A stretch of DNA of 64,000 nt from an uncultured Acidobacteriota bacterium (lineage in GTDB: Bacteria; Acidobacteriota; UBA6911), in assembly GCA_963843575.1 (NCBI GenBank), contig CAWJKZ010000021.1:224001-288000 (forward strand). The letters are read 5' to 3'. The notes beneath the pieces were generated by a model. That model did not search any database. It was given only the letters and a program-made list of their open reading frames with translations, and was not told where the DNA came from. Shown one piece after another: positions 49,157-57,475 of this stretch. The stretch's first letter is position 1. Each line of letters begins with the position of its first letter. A program made the position numbers and the translations under genes.

Positions 49157-49645
49157 ATGACGACATTGGTTAGACGGACGCTCGCAGCCTTCGGGTGCCT
49201 GCTGTGTGCCGCGACGCTGGACGCCGAAGTGCCCCCGGGGCGCTGGGCCAAGATGGATCTGCAGCCGCCGGGGCTGGAAATAGCCGTCATGATGCGGGAC
49301 GGGGAGAAGATCGCCGGGTTACTGAAAAGCTGCGCCGCCGAAACCCTCACGCTCGCCGAGATCGATGGAACCGAGCGCGTGCTCCGGAAGGCCGACATCC
49401 GCAAGGTCGTTACCAGGGACCGGCGTCCGGACGAACTGGGAAACGGTGCTCTGATCGGGCTGGGAGCGGGGGCCGTTTTCGGCGCGCTGGTCGGCGCCCT
49501 CTACTGCGCCGATTGCGATTGTTCGCCGGCGGCCGGGAGCGCCATCTACGGCCTGATCTTCGGCGGCATCGGCGCCGGCCTCGGGGTGGGAATCGACGCG
49601 GCCATCACAAGCCGGCAGGTCCTGTACGTCGCCGCGAAACCCTGA
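49157..49645 (+). CDS. Exported/membrane hypothetical protein with a glycine zipper
   Basis: GGAGG RBS, signal peptide, NGALIGLGAGA...GGIGAGLGVGIDA. Confidence 0.75.
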   Translation: MTTLVRRTLAAFGCLLCAATLDAEVPPGRWAKMDLQPPGLEIAVMMRDGEKIAGLLKSCAAETLTLAEIDGTERVLRKADIRKVVTRDRRPDELGNGALIGLGAGAVFGALVGALYCADCDCSPAAGSAIYGLIFGGIGAGLGVGIDAAITSRQVLYVAAKP

Positions 49646-49771
49646 GGAGTCCGGGTCCGCCCAGTCCTGATATCTCCTCGCGGCCGACGGCGGTTTGGTG
49701 TATATAGGCAGAACACCGCTTTTCATGGATTGCGCCCTGTCGGGGACGTGTCAGTACGAGGGGAGACACCC

Positions 49772-51280
49772 GTGGCCAGCCCAACACCCGAACGCCCGAG
49801 CCGCCGGGAGTTCCTGCGATGTGCGGGAACCGGCGGAGCGGCCCTGCTGCTCTCGAGCCCGGGGCTCGCCTCCGGGCAACCCCCCGCTGCCCGCAAGCCG
49901 AACTTCGTCGTGATATACATGGACGACATGGGCTACGCGGACCCCAGCTGTTTCGGCGCGCCTGCCGGACTTACGCCGAACGTCGATCGCCTCGCGCGCG
50001 ACGGTATGCGTTTCACCAGCTTCTATGCCGCGCAGGCGGTTTGCAGCGCCTCGCGCGCCGCCCTGCTGACCGGCTGCTACTCCAACCGCGTGGGCATCCT
50101 CGGAGCCCTGGGCCCGAATGCCCAGACGGGCCTCGACCCCGACGAGGATACGATTGCGGACGTGCTCAAGCAGAGCGGCTATGCCTGTGCCGCCATCGGC
50201 AAGTGGCACCTCGGGGATCATCGCCCCTACCTCCCCCTGCAGCAGGGATTCGACGAGTACTTCGGGCTGCCCTACTCGAACGACATGTGGCCCGTGGACT
50301 ACGACGGGACGCCGATCAAGCCGGGGCAGAAGTCCGGGGAGGAGGACGGCAAGCCCCACCGTCCCTATTACCCGCCGCTCTTCCTGATGGACAACAACGA
50401 GAAGGTGAGGGAGGTCAGGGACTTTTCCGACCAGGACCGGCTGACGACGCTGTACACGGAACGCGCGGTGCGTTTCGTGGCCTCACACAAGGACCGCCCC
50501 TTCTTTCTTTACCTCGCACACTCCATGGTGCACGTGCCGCTTGGAGTGTCCGACAAGTTCCGCGGGAAGAGCGGACACGGAGTGTTCGCGGACGTCATGA
50601 TGGAAATCGACTGGTCGATTGGCCGCGTTCTCGCGGAACTGCGCAGTCAGGGACTGGAGAACGACACCGTGGTGCTGTTCGCCTCCGACAACGGCCCGTG
50701 GCTTAACTTCGGGAACCACGCGGGCAGCGCCGGGCCCCTGCGGGAGGGGAAGGGAACCATGTGGGAAGGAGGCTGCCGCGTGCCGGGGATAATCCGCTGG
50801 CCCGGCCACGTCGCCGCCGGAGCCGTCTGCGACAGGATCGCGGCCACGATCGACATTCTGCCCACGTTTGCCGAGATCGCAGGCGCGCCTCGGCCGCGGC
50901 GCAAGATCGACGGGGTCAGCATCCTTCCGCTGCTGCGAGGAGACCGCGGTGCGGATCCCCGCACCACCTACTGGCTGTATTATGGCCAGACGCTCACTGG
51001 CGTGCGGGAAGGGAAATGGAAGCTCCAACTTCCGCACGAATCACGCACCTACGAAGGCTACACGCCGGGCCGCGACGGCATCCCGGGCAAGACCGGAACG
51101 CGGAAACTCGAGCTGGCGCTCTATGACCTCGAATCCGATGTCGGCGAACAGACAAACCTCGCCGCCCGGTTTCCTGAGGTGGTCGCGCGGCTCCAGCAAA
51201 TCGCAGCGTCAGCCAGGGCGGACTTGGGCGACACCGGGAAGCCCGGCCCGGGTGTGCGCCCGCCGCGCAGGCTGCCTTGA
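49772..51280 (+). CDS. Tat-exported arylsulfatase-family (S1) sulfatase
   Basis: SRREFL, PNFVVIYMDDMGY, CSASRAALLTG, GKWHLG, SDNGP, WEGG.RVP, LYDL..D.GE. Confidence 0.93.
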   Translation: MASPTPERPSRREFLRCAGTGGAALLLSSPGLASGQPPAARKPNFVVIYMDDMGYADPSCFGAPAGLTPNVDRLARDGMRFTSFYAAQAVCSASRAALLTGCYSNRVGILGALGPNAQTGLDPDEDTIADVLKQSGYACAAIGKWHLGDHRPYLPLQQGFDEYFGLPYSNDMWPVDYDGTPIKPGQKSGEEDGKPHRPYYPPLFLMDNNEKVREVRDFSDQDRLTTLYTERAVRFVASHKDRPFFLYLAHSMVHVPLGVSDKFRGKSGHGVFADVMMEIDWSIGRVLAELRSQGLENDTVVLFASDNGPWLNFGNHAGSAGPLREGKGTMWEGGCRVPGIIRWPGHVAAGAVCDRIAATIDILPTFAEIAGAPRPRRKIDGVSILPLLRGDRGADPRTTYWLYYGQTLTGVREGKWKLQLPHESRTYEGYTPGRDGIPGKTGTRKLELALYDLESDVGEQTNLAARFPEVVARLQQIAASARADLGDTGKPGPGVRPPRRLP

Positions 51281-51339
51281 TAGCGGCAGCGCGGTGAAAC
51301 GAATCCGCGTATGGTTCGGATAGAGCAGGTTGGCGATTA

Positions 51340-51390
51340 GCACAGCAGAACGCGGATCTCCGCGGATTTGAACGATTCACGCAGATCGGT
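51340..51390. repeat. Partial 9-nt periodic (CGCGGAT) repeat
   Basis: AACGCGGATCTCCGCGGATTTGAACGATTCACGCAGAT, related to the 52644 and 54280 elements. Confidence 0.45.
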
Positions 51391-51543
51391 GGCGGAAAGT
51401 TCCGGCGTGTCGTCCGCGATTCGGCGAATGCGCATGCCGGAACCCTGGAGGTGAGCCTGGCGGAGGTGCCGCACACGCAAAGACTAGCGGTCGGGAGTGG
51501 CCGATGGTCCCGCCCGCCTTGCGGAGTGGAATCCCGCGGCCGG

Positions 51544-52362
51544 CTAGACGCGGCCGATTCCTATGGCTGCTTCTGCGGTCAGGATCGGAACCCCGTCGCC
51601 GGCGCGATCCTTGAGCAGCTCGATGAAAGCCCTGCCGACGGCCTCCTTGCCTTGGGGACCGAGGCGTTCGAAGAGATAGGCCAGCGGCGGCGCCGAGCTG
51701 GTGAATCGGGACCAGAACTCCCCCGGCGCGTCGATCCTGATCAGGGCGCCGGAAGTGGTGACGCTCAGGTCCCGGAATCCGGCACGGTGCATCTCACGGT
51801 TCAGCGCTTCCAGCCCGTCCAGTCGCGCCCACACCGGCGGGGTGGGCGGCGGCTGAAAGCCGGGTACAGCCTTCGCGATCGCTTCCATCATCAGGGTGTG
51901 TGGCTGGAGTTTTTGGGGATCTCCCCAGCAAACGATGCCGACGCGTCCACCCGGGCGAACGACCCGGCGCAATTCCGCCATACCCGCACCCAAGTCGGGG
52001 AAGAACATCAGCCCCAGGACCGAAACTCCGGCGTCGAAGGTGGCGTCGGCAACTGACAGGGCCTGACCGTCCATGACCTCGGCGCGGATTCGATCGAGTG
52101 CAGCCGCCGATGCGCGTTCGCGGAGGCGCGCGATCATCGCGGGAGCGAAATCCGTGGCAAGAACCTCGCAGCCCGCGGCTGCCGCCAGCAGGCTAAATGC
52201 TCCGGTCCCCGCCGCGACGTCGATGACGCGTTCGCCGGGGCGCAGTGCCATCAATCCAAAGAGCTGCGAGGCGAACTGGCGCGAGAGCGGCTCGAACGCT
52301 TGCTCATACTGCGGGGCGATTTCGCTCCACTTTGCGGGCATCTGGTCGGGGCTGACGATCAT
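51544..52362 (-). CDS. Class I SAM-dependent methyltransferase (UbiE-like)
   Basis: VIDVAAGTG, TDFAPAM, MDGQAL, GLMFFPD, RRVVRPGGRV. Confidence 0.9.
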   Translation of the reverse strand: MIVSPDQMPAKWSEIAPQYEQAFEPLSRQFASQLFGLMALRPGERVIDVAAGTGAFSLLAAAAGCEVLATDFAPAMIARLRERASAAALDRIRAEVMDGQALSVADATFDAGVSVLGLMFFPDLGAGMAELRRVVRPGGRVGIVCWGDPQKLQPHTLMMEAIAKAVPGFQPPPTPPVWARLDGLEALNREMHRAGFRDLSVTTSGALIRIDAPGEFWSRFTSSAPPLAYLFERLGPQGKEAVGRAFIELLKDRAGDGVPILTAEAAIGIGRV

Positions 52363-52517
52363 GGTTTTCGAAAACCGCTCGAGCAGGCTCCCAGGGTAGC
52401 CAGGGCCACCGCGAAGACAATCCCGCTCACCATCGATGAGATAGTCCGGGTGAGCAGGAGTGCGGCGAGAACGACACAAACCAACAGAAACAAAAGCCCG
52501 GCAGTCTTACGAGACAT
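52359..52517 (-). CDS. 52-aa two-helix membrane protein (not in the ORF track)
   Basis: MSRKTAGLLFLLVCVVLAALLLTRTISSMVSGIVFAVALATLGACSSGFRKP. Its stop overlaps the methyltransferase ATG (ATGA). Confidence 0.7.
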   Translation of the reverse strand: MSRKTAGLLFLLVCVVLAALLLTRTISSMVSGIVFAVALATLGACSSGFRKP

Positions 52518-52643
52518 AACCCACCCGATTGCGGTTGAATGTACACCCGACGAAACGGGTATTCAAGCCACACGGTCCGAATGCCGGGGTTTCCGAGTGC
52601 GGCCGGACCACAGCCACACTGCGACTCCGAACGTCGACCGGAA

Positions 52644-52737
52644 ACGTATTTTTCAGGAGGCGGATGCGCGCGGATACCCACGGATCGACTTAGCCACAGG
52701 ACGCGGCCGTCCGCGTGAATCCGTCGGATCCGCGGAA
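52644..52737 (+). repeat. Left arm of an inverted repeat pair flanking the isoprenoid-synthase-like gene
   Basis: Reverse complement of 54280-54377. Outer 15 nt (ACGTATTTTTCAGGA) identical. Confidence 0.8.
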
Positions 52738-52744
52738 TCTGCGT

Positions 52745-54067
52745 TCAGTTTTCGGAGGACCGGCCCCTTCCGAGATATCTTCGGCCGAGGCCACGCCCGA
52801 TGCCGCGGAAACGGTTCGGGAGCGATGCGGCGCACTGCGTGATAAAGGCGAAGCCCAGCGGGGAATACGCTTCCATGCGGCGGAGGTACGGCCGCGAATA
52901 GAATCTCGGACTCTGTGCCACGGACTGGAGAACGAGGTTCAGCGAGTTTCGGCGCAAGAGGTCCCGGAGCAGTGCCTGGCGGGAGTCGAAGGGCAGGGCC
53001 CGCGGTGGAGTGAGAACCTCATCCACAAACCGCATCAACCGGTTCGTCGTGGCATCGAGCGGACCTCTCCCCGCATTCAGGGTAAACAGAGTACGGCGGC
53101 CGGCCCGGATGTCCTCACGCAGGTCCTGGATGTCGTCGGCAAGTTGCAGGACCACGCCGAGGCCGAAGCAGAAGTCAACCTCGGATGGGTCGAGCCTCCC
53201 TGCCACCAGGTAGCCGTTGGCCAGCACCGAAGCGCCTCCCTTGGTCACGCTGATGTTCAGGAGGTCGCGCCGCTCCTGGTGTCGTCGCTGGTCCTGCTGC
53301 ATCAGGCTCAATATCTGGCCCTTGTGGATCGCGAGCAGCCCGAGATACGCCTCAGGGAACTCAGGGCGCGGGAACTCGTTCTCGATCATCGCAATCAGCC
53401 GGTGTATCCGCTCCTCACGCGGGCTCTCCGGCGCGAGGCGGACGCCCTGGAGACGGAGGCCAAGCCTGCGATTGAAGGAGTCCTTCGCAGAGCCCGGCAC
53501 GGAAGCCTGGTCGAGGTAATTGTCCGTGTACGGGTAGAGGAGGCTGTAGGCGAAGACCGACGGCGTGATCGAGGGCTCCCTGCCCAGAAAGACCTGGAGG
53601 GCGTTCATGACCCACACGTTGCGCAGGGCCTGGGAAAGCTCGGCCGGCTCCAGGGTGTCGTCGAACGATGCCGCGCGAGACAGGAAAGAGTCGGATGCGT
53701 CGAAGCTTTCCTGCGTAAAAATGAGGTCGATCCCACGTTGCGGGACGAGCAGACTCTCCCTGGCGAAATCCCTGACGGCGTCCCGAAACTTCGCCCGCCA
53801 TCGTTCTCTCTCCTCGTCCGCCTCTGGAATCCCGGGGAGTTCGCGTTCCAGCCAGCAGAGGAATTCGGCGGCCTTCGCCTCGTGGACGCGCTGTTCGGAC
53901 GGGACGAATTCCCGGTCGAGGCGAACGGTGGCGGTCTCCGCGGCCTGCCACGCCTTCGCGTAGCGGTCCGCCAATTCAACCAGTGTGCGCTGGAATTCCC
54001 TTACCGCGCGGCGGCCGCAATCATTGGCAACCGCCCCTGCCGCGTGACCGAAGGATGCCATGCCCAT
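52745..54067 (-). CDS. Class I isoprenoid biosynthesis (terpene synthase / trans-prenyltransferase fold) enzyme
   Basis: All-helical sequence; YPYTDNYLD, KGGASVLA, LQLADDIQD Asp-rich motifs. Confidence 0.75.
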   Translation of the reverse strand: MGMASFGHAAGAVANDCGRRAVREFQRTLVELADRYAKAWQAAETATVRLDREFVPSEQRVHEAKAAEFLCWLERELPGIPEADEERERWRAKFRDAVRDFARESLLVPQRGIDLIFTQESFDASDSFLSRAASFDDTLEPAELSQALRNVWVMNALQVFLGREPSITPSVFAYSLLYPYTDNYLDQASVPGSAKDSFNRRLGLRLQGVRLAPESPREERIHRLIAMIENEFPRPEFPEAYLGLLAIHKGQILSLMQQDQRRHQERRDLLNISVTKGGASVLANGYLVAGRLDPSEVDFCFGLGVVLQLADDIQDLREDIRAGRRTLFTLNAGRGPLDATTNRLMRFVDEVLTPPRALPFDSRQALLRDLLRRNSLNLVLQSVAQSPRFYSRPYLRRMEAYSPLGFAFITQCAASLPNRFRGIGRGLGRRYLGRGRSSEN

Positions 54068-54279
54068 AAACAGGATTACAGCCCTGCGGGAAAAATATTC
54101 CCCTCACCGAGTCAAAAAACGGCCAGCTCCCGGTTTTGGACGTCTTCCAGATGTAACTGTACAAGGAAGTAGGACAGGCCAGTCGACCCAACCGAGACCG
54201 TCTGCTCGCCACCACCGGTCGGAGCGCCGGAGCCGCAGGCAACCGGCGTCGATTTTGGGTAGCCCGGGGCCAGGACGTT

Positions 54280-54377
54280 TTCCGCGGATCCAACGGATTC
54301 ACGCGGAATGCCGAACCCGGCCTATCGCTAGGTCGATCCGTGTGGATCCGCGCAAATCCGCGTCCTGAAAAATACGT
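54280..54377 (-). repeat. Right arm of the inverted repeat pair
   Basis: TTCCGCGGATCCAACGGATTCACGCGGA...GTCGATCCGTG...TCCTGAAAAATACGT. Confidence 0.8.
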
Positions 54378-54477
54378 CAGTGTATTTGTGAACATCAGTA
54401 CCGTGCTAGGCTGCTGCCGAAACAGGACCGGCCGCATTTCACACGATCAACGACCCGCCGTGGAGTCGACTGTCTCT

Positions 54478-55470
54478 ATGCTCTATCGAAAACTAGGAAG
54501 GTCCGACTTGGAGGTCAGCGAGATCAGCCTGGGAACCTGGCTGTCGTGCGACAACCTGAATGACAAAGCTGACTCCATCGGAATCATCGACACTGCGTAT
54601 GCCCACGGGATCAATTTCTTTGATACGGCCAATGTCTATTCGAGCGGTCGCGCCGAGGTGATACTGGGCGAGGCCTTACGGAGGTATCCCCGAGCATCGT
54701 ACGTTGTGGCGACCAAGGTGTACTGGCCTCTGGGGGAAGGACCCGACAACGGTGGACTGTCCAGGAGGCAGATCTTTAAACAAGTCCATGACAGCCTGAA
54801 GCGCCTCGGCTTGGACTATGTAGATTGTTACTACTGTCATTGGTTCGACATCAAGACGCCCATCGAAGAGACGATGCGGGCCATGGACGACCTCGTGCAC
54901 CAAGGCAAGATCCTGTACATCGGCGTGAGCAACTGGACAGCGGCCCAGATTTCGAGGTCCCTCAGGATTGCCGACAGTCTCGGCCTGAACCGGATCGTTG
55001 TGAATCAACCGAGCTACAACATGTTCGATCGATACATCGAGCAGGAAACCATGCCCCTGTGCGAGGTCAATGGAATCGGGCAGGTTGTGTATTCGCCCTT
55101 GGCCCAAGGGCTGCTGACAGGAAAATACCGCCGCGGTGTGAAGCCTCCTCGGGAAAGCCGGGCGGCAAACCCTAATGCCGGGGCAGCGGTGACGGTATGG
55201 GACTATATGAATGACGACCTGCTGGAAAAAGTCGAAAGACTTGAAGTGCTCGCCAAGGAGATGGGGATCACGCTCCCGCAACTTGCCCTGGCATGGGTGC
55301 TGGCTCATTCGAATGTAACAAGTGCACTGACCGGTGCGAGCAAGCCGCACCATGTTGTGGAGAACGTCGAGGCGTCCGGGCTGAAACTCCCCCTCGAGAT
55401 AATTCACCGAATCGATGCTCTGAGCGTCCCCGGATACACGGTAAAGCACAACGTTGTGCAGGAACGATGA
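54478..55470 (+). CDS. Aldo/keto reductase (Kv-beta-like subgroup)
   Basis: YRKLGRSDLEVSEISLGTW, FDTANVY, ATKV, YYCH, NQPSYN, YSPLAQGLLTGKY. Confidence 0.92.
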   Translation: MLYRKLGRSDLEVSEISLGTWLSCDNLNDKADSIGIIDTAYAHGINFFDTANVYSSGRAEVILGEALRRYPRASYVVATKVYWPLGEGPDNGGLSRRQIFKQVHDSLKRLGLDYVDCYYCHWFDIKTPIEETMRAMDDLVHQGKILYIGVSNWTAAQISRSLRIADSLGLNRIVVNQPSYNMFDRYIEQETMPLCEVNGIGQVVYSPLAQGLLTGKYRRGVKPPRESRAANPNAGAAVTVWDYMNDDLLEKVERLEVLAKEMGITLPQLALAWVLAHSNVTSALTGASKPHHVVENVEASGLKLPLEIIHRIDALSVPGYTVKHNVVQER

Positions 55471-55475
55471 CTCGC

Positions 55476-55523
55476 AAGTGGGTCCGGGCTTCAGCCCGGA
55501 CGCTGTTTGCGGGCGCTATATAG
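55476..55523. repeat. REP family A half element
   Basis: AAGTGGGTCCGGGCTTCAGCCCGGACGCTGTTTGCGGGCGCTATA, the reverse complement of the right half of the 47677 doublet, including spacer. Confidence 0.85.
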
Positions 55524-55541
55524 TTCTTAAGTCTTGAAACT

Positions 55542-57209
55542 TTACGGCTCTTCGATTTTCAGGACGCGATCCGGCGGGACTCCGGCCAGCTTCTGCACCG
55601 CGCCGCCGGGCCAGCGTATCTCGATCTCCTTGATGACCCTTTCCTGCCCGAGGCCGAAGTGGATGCGCTTGTCGCTGGAGGACATGAATCCCACGCTGGG
55701 GTTCACATGGCCATAGAGCTTTCGCCCGGATTCCGTCACCGCCGTGACGCTCGCCCCGATGCCGTCGCGGTTGGCCTTCCTGCCGCGGGTTTCCACCAGC
55801 AGCCAGTGGTTTTTTCCCTCGCCCGAGTTCATGAGGATCCTCGGCCTGGCGTTGAGGGACGTGACGACTAGGTCCGGAGAGCCGTCGTCGTTCAGGTCCC
55901 CCGTGGCCGATCCCCGCTGGAACCCGGGACGCAGAAAATCCTTGCCCACGGCCTCTGAGACGTCGACGAAGCTCCTCCCGTTTTCGTTGCGCCACAGTGT
56001 GTCGTGCTGGGCCGCGTTGTCCCCGAAGTAGTCCACGTCGCCGTTGGCGGAATAGATGTCCTTCCAGCCGTCGTTGTCGTAGTCGACGAACGCGTTGCTC
56101 CAGCCGGAAAAGTTGTGGCTCAGCTTCTCGATGTTGGCGGGCGCGCTCAGGTACTCGAAATACCTGCCGGCCTGGTTGCGGAACAGGCCGAACGTCTGGT
56201 GCTGGAGGTTGTTGTAGAACACGTCGACCCAGCCGTCGTTGTCGTAGTCCTTCACGTCGCACCCCATCCCTGAAACGATGGCGGCCTGATCGTTGTAGGC
56301 CACGCCGTAGACCATGGCCGATTCCTCGAACTTCCCGTCTCCCTTGTTGAGATAGAGGAAGTTCGGTTCGGTGTCGTTGCTGACGAAGACGTCCATCAGG
56401 CCGTCGCGGTTGAAGTCGGCGATCCCGATGCCCATCCCTTTCCCGAGGGATTTCCCGAACCCGGAATCGGCGGTGACGTTGCGGAACCTGCCGTTCCCCT
56501 CGTTGTGGTAGAGCGAGTGCGGGACGGGTGTCACGGTTCGGGGACTGCAGTAATAGTCGACGGCATCGGGCCGCACGCAGCGGCGGTCCGTGAGCGGGTT
56601 CCAGTTCGTGTACTGGGATACGACCAGGTCGAGCCGGCCGTCGTTGTCGTAGTCGAACCAGGCGGCGCACACGCTGAGCAGATCCGGGGGCTTGTCGGCG
56701 AGTCCGGCCTCCGACGCGACGTTCGTGAACGTACCGTCCCCGTTGTTGTGGTAGAGGGCGTTCGGTCCGGTGTCGCAAATGAACAGATCGGCAAACCCGT
56801 CGTTGTCGTAGTCGCCGGCAGCCACCCCGTAGCAGAAATCGAGCTCGGCACCGGTCAGCCGGGCGGCGGACGTCACGTCACGGAAAACGCCACCGCCCGC
56901 ATTCTCGAGCAGGCAATTGTAGAAGGAAGGATCGGTTTTTTTCAGTTCCGGCAACCTCGCCCCGTTGGTAAAAAAAATGTCGAGGCGCCCGTCGTTGTTG
57001 TAGTCGAGCAGCGCGACCCCCCCGCACATCGGCTGCGGGAAGTATTTCCTGCCCGTGTAGTTGTTGTTCGAGGTGTAGGCGAACTGCGCGCGTGCGGCGG
57101 CATCCAAGAAACGAGGGCGTTCGGCGCCCTGCGGCGCGGCGTGCTCTTGGCCGCGCCAAGCCAACAACAGGATGCCCAAGAGACAGAAACGGACGGATAG
57201 TGATGCGAT
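55542..57209 (-). CDS. CRTAC1-family protein (FG-GAP repeats + ASPIC/UnbV)
   Basis: Repeated DYDNDG/DFNRDG motifs, NRDGIGA, SSSDKRIHFGLG, IRWPGG. Start is 57179 (TTG) or 57209 (ATC after AGGAGG). Confidence 0.9.
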   Translation of the reverse strand: MASLSVRFCLLGILLLAWRGQEHAAPQGAERPRFLDAAARAQFAYTSNNNYTGRKYFPQPMCGGVALLDYNNDGRLDIFFTNGARLPELKKTDPSFYNCLLENAGGGVFRDVTSAARLTGAELDFCYGVAAGDYDNDGFADLFICDTGPNALYHNNGDGTFTNVASEAGLADKPPDLLSVCAAWFDYDNDGRLDLVVSQYTNWNPLTDRRCVRPDAVDYYCSPRTVTPVPHSLYHNEGNGRFRNVTADSGFGKSLGKGMGIGIADFNRDGLMDVFVSNDTEPNFLYLNKGDGKFEESAMVYGVAYNDQAAIVSGMGCDVKDYDNDGWVDVFYNNLQHQTFGLFRNQAGRYFEYLSAPANIEKLSHNFSGWSNAFVDYDNDGWKDIYSANGDVDYFGDNAAQHDTLWRNENGRSFVDVSEAVGKDFLRPGFQRGSATGDLNDDGSPDLVVTSLNARPRILMNSGEGKNHWLLVETRGRKANRDGIGASVTAVTESGRKLYGHVNPSVGFMSSSDKRIHFGLGQERVIKEIEIRWPGGAVQKLAGVPPDRVLKIEEP

Positions 57210-57475
57210 TTCCGGCCTCCTTTGGACAGAGCGATTATACAGAGGCAGGCGGCCGGTTCCGAGGGATCTTCGAGCGTCTTTGCTCCTTCGGGTCCTGATC
57301 CACCCGGCAGCCTGCAGTCAAGATTGTAGAATCCTAATGAGCGTGTATTTCCCCGTGCGCTTTTCGCGTTTTTTTGGCTGAAACAGGGCTAAGATGGGCC
57401 AACTTCAAACTCACAGGAGTTTCTTCAGTCTGCCCGAATTGGCGTTTTGCCTTTTGTTTTAGCCAGGAGGATGTC

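Noticed and set aside
55880-57010. Recurrent GTCGTTGTCGTAGTC DNA repeats
   Set aside because: They encode the DYDND FG-GAP motifs of the CRTAC1 protein.
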